Under the pieces are notes generated by a model. The model searched no databases. It had not been told where the DNA came from and saw only the letters and a program-made list of their open reading frames with translations. Positions 34,976 through 46,577 of a stretch of 64,000 nucleotides of DNA are shown piece by piece. Each line of letters begins with the position of its first letter. Within the stretch, counting starts at the first letter, position 1. The stretch is taken from positions 13,266-77,265 of the forward strand of contig JACPXM010000016.1 of NCBI GenBank assembly GCA_016196545.1, written 5' to 3'. A program made the translations under genes and the position numbers. Source of the stretch: Candidatus Omnitrophota bacterium (GTDB lineage Bacteria > Omnitrophota > Omnitrophia > Omnitrophales > Aquincolibacteriaceae).

Positions 34976-35049
<74 letters not shown>

Positions 35050-35063
35050 TAAATTTTAGAGCC

Positions 35064-35092
35064 TTGCATCAGATGACGGAAGGTGCTAATCT
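35064..35092 (+). promoter_or_regulatory. putative promoter of the RRM-protein gene (about 100-nt leader)
   Basis: TTGCAT, 17-nt spacer, TAATCT. Confidence 0.35.
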
Positions 35093-35193
35093 ATCTTCCA
35101 TTCAAAACGCAGAGGGCCAGACCGGGGCCTAACCCTTCTCTACCATCTCTCGTTCAACCATCAACCAAAATGATCGCTTTGAGAGGAACTTTC

Positions 35194-35520
35194 ATGCAGC
35201 CAAAACTTTTTGTGGGAAATTTGAGCTATAACGTTAAAGAATCGGATCTTCAAGAATTGTTTCAAAAATACGGAGAAATCAAATCGGTAAGTCTGATTAC
35301 CGATAAGTATTCCGGACAATCCAAAGGATTTGCCTTTGTCGAAATGGCAACGTCCGAAGACGCCGAGAAAGCGCTTGCGGAAAACGGAAAAGATTTTCTA
35401 GGCCGAACGATCAACGTTTCTGAGGCCCGCCCGCCCAAGCAATTTAATGACAGGGGTGGAAAGGGCGGCGGATTTCGTGGTGGCGATAAATCCTACGGGA
35501 AACGCCGGGATCGGTATTAA
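35194..35520 (+). CDS. RRM-type RNA-binding protein with Gly/Arg-rich tail
   Basis: RNP2 KLFVGNLSY, RNP1 KGFAFVEM, tail GGKGGGFRGGDKSYGKRRDRY. ATG 35194 has SD GAGAGGA; the track start 35083 is rejected. Confidence 0.88.
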   Translation: MQPKLFVGNLSYNVKESDLQELFQKYGEIKSVSLITDKYSGQSKGFAFVEMATSEDAEKALAENGKDFLGRTINVSEARPPKQFNDRGGKGGGFRGGDKSYGKRRDRY

Positions 35521-35538
35521 AAAGGATTTGCATCCTTT
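35521..35538 (+). terminator. weak hairpin (possible attenuator) between the RRM gene and the helicase gene
   Basis: AAAGGAT-ttgc-ATCCTTT followed by CTT. There is no full U-tract. Confidence 0.3.
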
Positions 35539-35543
35539 CTTCC

Positions 35544-36749
35544 GTGGATAATCCTTCGAGTCTCACTTTTGATGGTCTTGGAATTTCCCCTCAATTGTTG
35601 GAAATTCTTGACCGTTTAAAATTTATCACTCCGACGCCTATTCAACAAAAAGCTATCCTTCCCGCCTTGGAGGGGAAAGATCTCGTTGGAATTGCTCAGA
35701 CAGGCACCGGAAAAACCCTTGCTTTTGTCATCCCCCTTGTGCAGCGGCTGACCCAGAAAAAAAGCAGAGGACTCATTTTGGTCCCGACGCGTGAACTGGC
35801 TTATCAGGTGGAAGAGACATTTCATAAGATTGGACCGGTATTGGGCATTCGCAGCACCGTCATTATCGGCGGCGCTTCCATGAATGAACAGATACGTGCG
35901 CTTCGAAAAAATCCACCGGTGATTATTGCTACGCCCGGCCGGTTGATTGATCATATGGGCCAGCGTACCTTTTCATTGGCTGAGACGCATATGCTGGTGT
36001 TAGATGAAGCTGACCGCATGCTGGACATGGGATTTTTGCCGCAGATCCAGCGCATCCTTCAGGCCCTCCCGAAGGAACGCCAAACACTGCTCTTTTCCGC
36101 GACCATGCCGCAGGATGTCGCTCGTATTGCTTCTACCTACATGAGGCTTCCGATTAATGTGGAAATCGCACCTTCGGGAACGCTCGCGGAAAAACTCACG
36201 CAGGAACTTTTCATTGTCAAAAAAGAAACAAAAAACGGACTTTTGAATAAATTACTTTCCCAGTACCGGGGAAGCGTCCTTATTTTTACGCGCACGAAAA
36301 TGGGTGCTCGCCGCGTCAACCGCGACATCCGCGCCATGGGCTATAGCGGGGCAGAAATTCATTCTGAGAGATCTCTTTCCCAGCGCCGTGAAGCGCTCGA
36401 AGGGTTTAAATCGGGCCGTTATCGCGTGCTTGTTGCCACCGACATTGCGGCCCGCGGCATTGATGTCATGGGCATTGAATTGGTTCTTAACTACGATTTG
36501 CCGGAAGATCCTGAAAGCTATGTTCACCGTATTGGCCGCACCGGAAGGGCGGGGCATCCCGGCCATGCAATTTCCTTTGCCTCTCCGGATCAAGTGTCCG
36601 ATGTCCGCAGTATTGAGCGTTTAATTCGCATGGCATTGCCGATTTCCGAACATGCAGAAATTCCCCGAGAACAATTTTTTGCCCCCATCCGCCATTCTTT
36701 TGCCCCGCGCCGTTCCCGAGGCCGGCATAGACGCCGCCTCGGGCGCTAG
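35544..36749 (+). CDS. DEAD-box ATP-dependent RNA helicase (RhlE-like)
   Basis: Q motif TPIQQKA, then AQTGTGKT, DEAD, SAT and HRIGRTGRAG. GTG start. Confidence 0.92.
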   Translation: MDNPSSLTFDGLGISPQLLEILDRLKFITPTPIQQKAILPALEGKDLVGIAQTGTGKTLAFVIPLVQRLTQKKSRGLILVPTRELAYQVEETFHKIGPVLGIRSTVIIGGASMNEQIRALRKNPPVIIATPGRLIDHMGQRTFSLAETHMLVLDEADRMLDMGFLPQIQRILQALPKERQTLLFSATMPQDVARIASTYMRLPINVEIAPSGTLAEKLTQELFIVKKETKNGLLNKLLSQYRGSVLIFTRTKMGARRVNRDIRAMGYSGAEIHSERSLSQRREALEGFKSGRYRVLVATDIAARGIDVMGIELVLNYDLPEDPESYVHRIGRTGRAGHPGHAISFASPDQVSDVRSIERLIRMALPISEHAEIPREQFFAPIRHSFAPRRSRGRHRRRLGR

Positions 36750-36768
36750 CGTTTCCTGCTTCTTCGAC

Positions 36769-37215
36769 TTATTTGACTTCCACGTTAATCTGTTTCGGCT
36801 TTGCGGATTCGGACTTGGGTAAAAGCACCTCAAGCACACCATTTTTATAAGCTGCTTTTACCTTGTCACCCTGAATTTCGGTGGGGAAATCCATCGTGCG
36901 CGTAAAAGAACCGTAATACCTTTCGGAATAGTACGCGCCTTTTTCCTTGGATTCCTTTTCCTGCTTTCTTTCGCCCTTTAGGGTGAGCGTGTTTCCGTAA
37001 ACCGAAATGTTGAAATCTTCATTCTTCAATCCCGGAAGATCGGCATGTAGAACATAATGATCCGCTTCCTCCGTAACTTCGATATCCGGATTAAATCCCT
37101 TGGCCATCCAATCATTTTTTCTGACAAGGGAACGGCCAAAGACCCGGTTAATATCGTCCTGAATGTCAAGCAGTGTGTCAAACGGGTCCCACAAATCTCT
37201 TTTTGTTAGTTCCAT
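36769..37215 (-). CDS. Hsp20/alpha-crystallin family small heat-shock protein
   Basis: Alpha-crystallin domain (DIEVTEEADHYVLHADLPGL .. GVLEVLLPK). ATG 37215 with SD GGAGGG is preferred over the track start 37230. Confidence 0.88.
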   Translation of the reverse strand: MELTKRDLWDPFDTLLDIQDDINRVFGRSLVRKNDWMAKGFNPDIEVTEEADHYVLHADLPGLKNEDFNISVYGNTLTLKGERKQEKESKEKGAYYSERYYGSFTRTMDFPTEIQGDKVKAAYKNGVLEVLLPKSESAKPKQINVEVK

Positions 37216-37489
37216 GATTTTACCCTCCATTTTTAGGTTAAATTTTTTAGTTCTGCTTTTATAATCTCAAAATTTATGCCATTTTTTCCGATGAAAAGGC
37301 CAGTGAGATTTAAGGGGTTATGCGGCACGCCGTCACCTATTGTCACAGAGAAATCTCAGAAGCGTGTTTCGTGTAACATTTTGGCTCAGGCGCAAAAGGA
37401 ATACGATCATCAACATAGTATAGATGGATTGTGGTTGCTGACGGGTTTTGATGGCTTTTCTTTTGCGTTGATTTCTGCTAGCTTATCTC

Positions 37490-38068
37490 ATGCAAAAATT
37501 GACGCATGAGGAACTCCTGAGGCGCCAAGCGAAACCTTTCGGAAAATATCCTTTTTGCGCCCTGCTCAACAACATCCGAAGTCTCTACAACGTGGGGGCC
37601 ATATTTCGCAGCGCCGACGGAGTGGGCGTAGAAAAGCTCTGGCTTTGCGGAATCACCGGCATCCCGCCTTCCTCTAAAATTTCGAAAACGGCTTTGGGAG
37701 CCGAAAAAACGGTTCCCTGGGAATATCGGGAAAACGCTGTAAGTCTCTCTCGCGAATTAAAAGAGATGGGTTATCAAATCGTTTTGCTGGAGCAGGCCCA
37801 AGGATCCGTTTCCTATGAAGAGGCAGAGATCAAGCCTCCTCTTTGTTTGATTGTAGGTAGTGAAATCTCAGGAGTGAACGAGGAACTGCTCGCGCTTGCA
37901 GACCAAATCCTAGAGATTCCCATGGTGGGATTGAAAATCTCATTAAATGTGGCCGTGGCATTTGGAATTGCAGCCTATCAAATCAAATCAACACTGCAGG
38001 AACGGTTCACAGGGGGCGTTTTGGCCCCGCTTGATTTTGACAGGTTAGAGTGTGAAGAAACGTCTTGA
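37490..38068 (+). CDS. SpoU/TrmH-family RNA 2'-O-methyltransferase
   Basis: Motifs [24 protein letters not shown] and [23 protein letters not shown]. Confidence 0.8.
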   Translation: MQKLTHEELLRRQAKPFGKYPFCALLNNIRSLYNVGAIFRSADGVGVEKLWLCGITGIPPSSKISKTALGAEKTVPWEYRENAVSLSRELKEMGYQIVLLEQAQGSVSYEEAEIKPPLCLIVGSEISGVNEELLALADQILEIPMVGLKISLNVAVAFGIAAYQIKSTLQERFTGGVLAPLDFDRLECEETS

Positions 38069-38327
38069 AGCCCGTTTTTCCGGAAGCGTACAGGGCGTTG
38101 GATTTCGTTATACAACGGAGAGAATAGCCGGGAATTTTCAGGTCACGGGCTTTGTGCGCAATCTTTCCAACGGTAAAGTAGAGATTGTTGCCGAAGGGGA
38201 GGAAGCGGCTTTAAAGGATTTCTTACAAGCCATAAAAAACTCTTCCATGAGGCCCTTTATTCGGGAGACGGAAATTGCTTGGGCCCAGGCGCAAAATCAC
38301 TTTACCGAGTTTGGAATCGCGTATTAA
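38052..38327 (+). CDS. acyP: acylphosphatase
   Basis: 91 aa. Motifs [14 protein letters not shown] and [17 protein letters not shown]. Confidence 0.88.
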   Translation: MKKRLEARFSGSVQGVGFRYTTERIAGNFQVTGFVRNLSNGKVEIVAEGEEAALKDFLQAIKNSSMRPFIRETEIAWAQAQNHFTEFGIAY

Positions 38328-38349
38328 GCAATGACAGAAAGGCCAAATT

Positions 38350-39066
38350 ATGCGCTTTGCAATTTTATCAGATATTCATGCCAATCTGGAAGCGCTTGAA
38401 ACCGCGGACGCTTATCTGAGAAGGCATTCCCTGGATGAGATTTTTGTCTTAGGTGATACCGTGGGTTACGGCGCCAACCCGGTGGAATGTCTTGAATGGA
38501 CATTCGGCCGAGCCAAGGTGGCCTTGATGGGAAATCACGAAAAAGGGGTGACGGATGCCTCCCTCCTAGACTGGTTTAATCCGTTAGCGCGCGAAGCGAT
38601 TGTTTGGACCGCAAAAATCCTTCCGGAAAAATTAAAACAAAAAATTCGCGAGCTTCAATATGTGAGATTGGAAAGGCAATTCAGCCTCACGCATTCCAGC
38701 CTTCACGAGCCCGAGCAATTCCATTATTTGCTTTCCTTTCAGGATTCGATTCCTACTTTTAAGGTGATGAAGACTCGCATCTGTTTTGTAGGCCACACGC
38801 ATATTCCGTCTTGCTTTATGGAAACTCCGGGCGTGGGGATGTACACCCGGGAGGGCGAGATTAAAATCGAGGGAGAAAAGCGCTATGTTTTAAACCCCGG
38901 AAGCGTCGGCCAGCCTCGTGATCAAGACAAGAGACTCTCGTTCGGTATCTATGACGATGAAAAAGGAGTTTTTGAAATCGTACGGCTTGAGTATGATGCC
39001 CCGAAGGCGGCTCGCAAAATTCTTGCCGCAAAATTGCCTGAATATTTAGCCACAAGGTTGCTCTAA
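38350..39066 (+). CDS. metallophosphoesterase (calcineurin-like)
   Basis: Motifs ILSDIHAN, LGDTVGYG, GNHE and GHTH. Confidence 0.8.
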   Translation: MRFAILSDIHANLEALETADAYLRRHSLDEIFVLGDTVGYGANPVECLEWTFGRAKVALMGNHEKGVTDASLLDWFNPLAREAIVWTAKILPEKLKQKIRELQYVRLERQFSLTHSSLHEPEQFHYLLSFQDSIPTFKVMKTRICFVGHTHIPSCFMETPGVGMYTREGEIKIEGEKRYVLNPGSVGQPRDQDKRLSFGIYDDEKGVFEIVRLEYDAPKAARKILAAKLPEYLATRLL

Positions 39067-41768
<2,702 letters not shown>

Positions 41769-42663
41769 TTTTCTAAATTACCTTTCTGTGGAAAAGGGCC
41801 TCGCAGCCAACACGTTGGCGGCCTATCGTCAAGACCTTGAATTTTATGAATCCTTCATGAAAGAGAAGGCACTCGATTGGTCCAGTGTGAAGCGTGATCA
41901 CGTGATGGCCTTTCTTAGGGGTGAGCGCCAACGTGGACTTGAGGCACCTTCCATTGCACGCCGGCTTGTTGCGGTCAAACTCTTTCATCGTTTTTTAGTG
42001 AAGGAGCGCCTGCTTGGCGAGGATGTTACCGAGGTGATTGAAACGCCCAAGCTTTGGAAAAAACTTCCGCAATTTTTGATCCTCTCCGAAATCGAAGCGC
42101 TTCTCGGAGCGCCGGATATTAAAAAGGCGGAGGGGATTCGTGACCGGGCAATTCTGGAATGCCTCTATGCCTGCGGGATGAGGGTCTCTGAAATTGCCGG
42201 CCTTCGGCTGAATGATGTGAATCTTGAAAATGCCTTTGTCCGCTGCCTGGGCAAGGGAGGCAAAGAAAGGGTCGTGCCAATAGGGCGATCGGCTATCAAG
42301 TCCTGTGTGGATTATCTTCAAAAGGTTCGAGCAAAAAAAAGGGCGAAATCGGATCATTTCTTTATCGGAAGATCCGGACGCGGCCTGACGCGTCAATATT
42401 TGTGGCAAATCCTTAAGCGCTATGCTCGGATGGCCGGTATCCGAAAAGAAATTACTCCTCATACCCTCCGTCATTCTTTTGCTACTCATCTTTTGGAAAG
42501 AGGCGCGGATTTGCGTGTTGTGCAGGAGCTTTTGGGGCATGCGGATATTTCCACGACTCAGATCTATACCCACGTTTCTCGTGATCACTTAAAAGGCGTT
42601 CACGCAAAATTCCATCCGCGCGGCTAAGCTTTCCTTAGACTTAGCACGCGCAGTACCTGCTTT

Positions 42664-42715
42664 CCCCCGCCACACCCGGTGTGAAAAAGCATTTACACAC
42701 CGGGTGTGGCGGGGG
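42664..42715. repeat. perfect 20-bp GC-rich inverted repeat with a 12-nt loop
   Basis: CCCCCGCCACACCCGGTGTG (42664-42683) and CACACCGGGTGTGGCGGGGG (42696-42715). No U-tract follows. Confidence 0.85.
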
Positions 42716-42828
42716 AACTGGGCGACGAGGATTTGAGGTGTGTAGGGATGCTCGGGATATCAGCGTTGGCCTGGAAATTTTTCAGGTATTGTGATAAATT
42801 GATATTACTCTGAACAAGCGAGGTTTTT

Positions 42829-43089
42829 ATGCGTTGTATCTTTTCACGTTTGATTTTTCTAATTTTTTTCCTCGTTTCGTCTTATCCTGTTTATTCGGAT
42901 GAGGAAGCCGCATCTGTTAAGACAATTGAAAAAAGGGCCAAACTCGTGGATTTGGATGCTTCGCGGCTCCAGTCCCGCTTTGATGATTTGGAACGCAAAG
43001 TAACCCAACTTGAGCGTGACAATCGCGACCAGGACGGCCGCATCCGTTCTCTCGACCGCGAGCTTAGCTCCCTCCAGCGAAAACTCTGA
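42829..43089 (+). CDS. small secreted coiled-coil protein
   Basis: 86 aa. Signal peptide MRCIFSRLIFLIFFLVSSYPVYS followed by a charged heptad region. Confidence 0.45.
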   Translation: MRCIFSRLIFLIFFLVSSYPVYSDEEAASVKTIEKRAKLVDLDASRLQSRFDDLERKVTQLERDNRDQDGRIRSLDRELSSLQRKL

Positions 43090-43138
43090 ATTTTCGCATG
43101 GTTCAAATCCTAGGCCGAGGGCGTCCGCCGCGGAGTCA

Positions 43139-43167
43139 TTGACAGTTGCGCGGTGCCCCTATATACT
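43139..43167 (+). promoter_or_regulatory. strong sigma70-type promoter upstream of tRNA-Glu
   Basis: TTGACA (43139-43144), 17-nt spacer, TATACT (43162-43167). Confidence 0.6.
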
Positions 43168-43262
43168 ACGCTTGTTTTCAGCAGTTACGAAGCCCTATCA
43201 AATTCAATTAACCTTTTATAACAAGTTACATGAAAGTGAGAAAGGGCGGAGTTTTTTTTCAG

Positions 43263-43337
43263 GGCGCTATCGTCTAGCCTGATCTAGGACGTCACCCTCT
43301 CACGGTGAAGACACGGGTTTAAATCCCGTTAGCGCTA
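43263..43337 (+). tRNA. tRNA-Glu (anticodon CUC), with a non-canonical D-loop/T-loop
   Basis: Hand-folded: acceptor GGCGCTA/TAGCGCT (G1-U72 wobble), D arm GTCT-AGCCTGATCTA-GGAC, anticodon arm TCACC-CTCTCAC-GGTGA, T arm ACGGG-TTTAAAT-CCCGT. Confidence 0.75.
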
Positions 43338-43379
43338 GTTAAATTATGGCTGCCCGCACCTTTCATTTTGCATTTATTT

Positions 43380-44687
43380 ATGATTGAACGTTACACTCGA
43401 GCAGAAATCGGCAAAGTTTGGACTGAAGAGTCAAAGACACAAAAATGGCTCGACGTGGAGCTTGCTGCACTTGAAGCGCTCGCGCATTATGGATTCATCC
43501 CCAAAGAAATTCCCAAAAAGGTGCGTGCTAAGGCAGGCTTTGATTTAAAACGCATCCACGCAATTGAAAAAACCGTGAATCACGATGTCATCGCATTTCT
43601 TACGAATCTTGCTGAAAGACTCGGGCCTGACGGCCGTTATGTTCATTTCGGACTCACCTCGTCGGATATTCTGGATACTGCGCTTGCGCTTCAGATTAAA
43701 GAAGCCTCTGAGATTTTGCGGCATGAAATAAAAAGGCTTTTGGAAGTCCTACGTAAAAAAGCGCTGGAACACAAAACAACTTTAATGGCGGGCCGAAGCC
43801 ATGGCGTTCATGCCGAGCCCATTACCTTTGGTCTTAAAATGGCGCTTTTTTATGCGGAATTCAAACGCAATCTCGAGCGTTTTCAGCGCGCCGCGGAAGG
43901 CGTAGCCTATGGAAAAATTTCGGGTGCGGTCGGAACCTTTGCAAATGTAGATCCCAAAGTCGAGGCCTTGACGTGCAAAAAGCTCGGTTTAAAACCAACG
44001 CCAATTTCTACTCAAATTGTGCAGCGTGACCGTCACGCGGAATATCTCACAACGCTTGCCATTATCGGCGGATCGCTCGAAAAATTGGCCACGGAAATTC
44101 GCGGACTTCAAAAAACGGAGATCCGTGAAGTGGAGGAATATTTTGCCGAGGGACAAAAGGGATCAAGCGCGATGCCGCATAAAAGAAATCCCATTACCTG
44201 CGAACGCATTGCGGGTCTGGCGCGAATCCTCCGGGGAAATGCGCTGGCGGGCCTGGAAAATATGGCGCTTTGGCATGAGCGGGACATCACACATTCCTCT
44301 GTCGAGCGCGTGATTTTCCCGGACAGCACGATTCTTTTGGACTACATGCTCGATCAGACCACAAAGGTGATGACCCACCTTTTGGTTTATAAGGATCATA
44401 TGCTGGCCAATCTCGAAAAAAGCCGCGGCATGGTATTTTCTCAGGGGCTATTACTCCGCCTTATTGAAAAAGGGTTGACACGGGAAGCGGCCTATGCGCT
44501 TGTGCAAGGCGCGGCCAAAAAGGTTTGGGAAAATCATTCGGTGAAGCTGGAAGAGGTTGCATTAAAAGACAAAGCCATTTTAAAAAATCTTTCGGTTAAA
44601 GAGCTGAAAGAAGTTTTCGACTACGGTTATCATTTAAAACATGTGGATGAAATCTTCGAAAGGGTGGGGATCGCTCATGCTCGCTAA
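43380..44687 (+). CDS. purB: adenylosuccinate lyase
   Basis: Starts [14 protein letters not shown], with the fumarate-lyase signature [14 protein letters not shown] 43380 is preferred over TTG 43368. Confidence 0.93.
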   Translation: MIERYTRAEIGKVWTEESKTQKWLDVELAALEALAHYGFIPKEIPKKVRAKAGFDLKRIHAIEKTVNHDVIAFLTNLAERLGPDGRYVHFGLTSSDILDTALALQIKEASEILRHEIKRLLEVLRKKALEHKTTLMAGRSHGVHAEPITFGLKMALFYAEFKRNLERFQRAAEGVAYGKISGAVGTFANVDPKVEALTCKKLGLKPTPISTQIVQRDRHAEYLTTLAIIGGSLEKLATEIRGLQKTEIREVEEYFAEGQKGSSAMPHKRNPITCERIAGLARILRGNALAGLENMALWHERDITHSSVERVIFPDSTILLDYMLDQTTKVMTHLLVYKDHMLANLEKSRGMVFSQGLLLRLIEKGLTREAAYALVQGAAKKVWENHSVKLEEVALKDKAILKNLSVKELKEVFDYGYHLKHVDEIFERVGIAHAR

Positions 44688-45598
44688 AGCCAAATCCAAT
44701 TCAGAGACTGTTTGGGAAACCGCCTTACCGCTTCCGCTTGTAGGCCGCGGTAAGGTTCGCGATATTTATGCCGTTGGCGACGATAAGCTTTTGATTGTTG
44801 CCACCGACCGGCTTTCCGCTTTTGATATCGTGCTGCCCAATCCCATTCCTGACAAAGGAAAGGTGCTCACACAAATTTCTGTTTTTTTGGTTTGATTATT
44901 TCAACCGTCTTATACCGCATCATTTAATCACCGCGGATCTTTCTCAAATGAATTTACCCGCCGCGGTTTTGAAGGGACATGGCCAGATTTTAGAGGGCCG
45001 TTCCATGCTGGCCAAACGCACGAAGCCTCTTTCTGTGGAATGTGTGGTGCGTGGCTATCTTGCAGGATCGGGATGGAAGGATTATCAAAAGACCGGTGCG
45101 ATTTGCGGCCATCGCCTTCCCGAAGGTCTCCTGCAATGTGCGATGCTTGAGAGTCCAATTTTTACACCTGCAAGCAAAGAATCCAGCGGTCATGACATCA
45201 ATATCGAATTTGAGGAAGCCGTCCAGCGTGTGGGCAACCAGACCGCTGAGAAAATCCGCGAGATTTCCTTTGAGCTCTACAAAAAGGGTCACGAGTATGC
45301 CGCTGCCAAAGGCATCCTCATCGCCGATACTAAATTCGAATTTGGCATTTTAAATGGAAAAATTATTTTAATTGATGAAGCCTTAACTCCGGACAGCTCT
45401 CGCTTCTGGCCCAAGGATCACTATGAGCCGGGCCACGATCAACCGAGCTTTGACAAACAAATCGTTCGTAATTATCTTCTCGATATTAAGTGGAATCAAA
45501 AGCCGCCTGCACCCGAACTTCCCGAAGAGGTGATTGAAAGAACCCGTCAGGCGTACCGCGATGTTTATGAAAGACTAACTGGGAAAAAATTAAACTAA
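44677..45598 (+). CDS. purC: SAICAR synthase, reading frame broken by one extra T in a T7 run (frameshift, pseudogene or assembly error)
   Basis: The N-terminal part ([28 protein letters not shown] .. [12 protein letters not shown]) is in the frame of ORF 44641..44895. The rest ([15 protein letters not shown] ...) is in the frame of ORF 44795..45598. The two frames join at TTTTTTT, 44882-44888. Confidence 0.85.
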
Positions 45599-45610
45599 AA
45601 GGGCAGCTTC

Positions 45611-45862
45611 ATGTACAACGCTAAGATTAATGTGACGCTAAAGAAATCCGTTTTGGATCCCCAAGGCCAAACTATCCTGCATGCCTTGGAATCCCTCGGG
45701 TTTAAAGATGTAAAGAAAGTTCGTGTCGGAAAATTTTTTGAGCTTCTCATCGAAGCTTGCGATCGAAAGACTGCCGAAGAAAAAATCAAGGAGATGTGCC
45801 ATCAACTACTGATCAATCCCGTGATCGAAGAATATACGTTTGAAATGGGTGAAGTAAAATGA
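45611..45862 (+). CDS. purS: phosphoribosylformylglycinamidine synthase subunit PurS
   Basis: 83 aa. [24 protein letters not shown]. Confidence 0.9.
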   Translation: MYNAKINVTLKKSVLDPQGQTILHALESLGFKDVKKVRVGKFFELLIEACDRKTAEEKIKEMCHQLLINPVIEEYTFEMGEVK

Positions 45863-45896
45863 GCCTTTGGATTTCGGTGTCAGGATCCTGTATTTT

Positions 45897-46577
45897 ATGA
45901 GAGCCGTTGTCGTTGTTTTCCCGGGTTCCAATTGCGATACGGACTGTTTTCATGTGCTGCGCGATGTGATAAAAACGCCCGTGGAATTTGTCTGGCACAA
46001 AGAGGGAAATTTTCCCAAGACGGATTTGGTGGTGCTTCCCGGCGGATTTAGTTATGGGGATTATCTGCGGACAGGCGCCATTGCTCGTTTTTCACCTGCC
46101 ATGGAATCAGTTCGGCGACATGCGGCCGAGGGCCGTCCCGTCCTTGGCATATGCAATGGTTTTCAGATTCTTCTGGAAGCCGGACTTTTGCCGGGTGCCA
46201 TGCTTCGTAATAAAACATTGTCTTTTGTTTGCAAACCCGTTTGGATTTGCGTGGAAGATACCCATACCCCGTTTACCCAGAAAACCCAAAGGGGTGAACT
46301 TCTTCAAATTCCGATTGCCCATGGGGAAGGTAATTATTATTGCGATGAAGAAACTCTAAAAAAACTCAAGGATAATTCGCAAATTATATTCCGCTACTGC
46401 TCCGAAAAGGGGGAGGTCGGTGAGGCGTTTAATCCGAATGGCTCGCGGGACCATATCGCAGGGATTGTGAATGAAAGGCGCAATGTGCTGGGCATGATGC
46501 CTCATCCGGAACGGGCCAGTGAAGCAATCTTGGCTTCGGAAGATGGGAGAAAGATTTGGGAATCGGTATGCCTATGA
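45897..46577 (+). CDS. purQ: phosphoribosylformylglycinamidine synthase, glutaminase subunit PurQ
   Basis: Motifs [10 protein letters not shown], catalytic GICNGFQ, and [10 protein letters not shown] 45897 is preferred over the track start 45867. Confidence 0.92.
   Translation: MRAVVVVFPGSNCDTDCFHVLRDVIKTPVEFVWHKEGNFPKTDLVVLPGGFSYGDYLRTGAIARFSPAMESVRRHAAEGRPVLGICNGFQILLEAGLLPGAMLRNKTLSFVCKPVWICVEDTHTPFTQKTQRGELLQIPIAHGEGNYYCDEETLKKLKDNSQIIFRYCSEKGEVGEAFNPNGSRDHIAGIVNERRNVLGMMPHPERASEAILASEDGRKIWESVCL

Noticed and set aside
37276-37509. 77-aa + strand ORF in the hsp20/SpoU intergenic gap
   Set aside because: No SD and no motif. It overlaps the likely hsp20 promoter region and the SpoU-family gene start, so it is treated as non-coding.
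41995-42588. 197-aa minus-strand ORF
   Set aside because: Antisense shadow of xerD, whose catalytic RHRY region is clearly encoded on the + strand.
44641-45598. Treating ORFs 44641..44895 and 44795..45598 as two separate genes
   Set aside because: Together they reconstruct a single PurC once one T is removed from the T7 run. Neither half is a plausible stand-alone protein.
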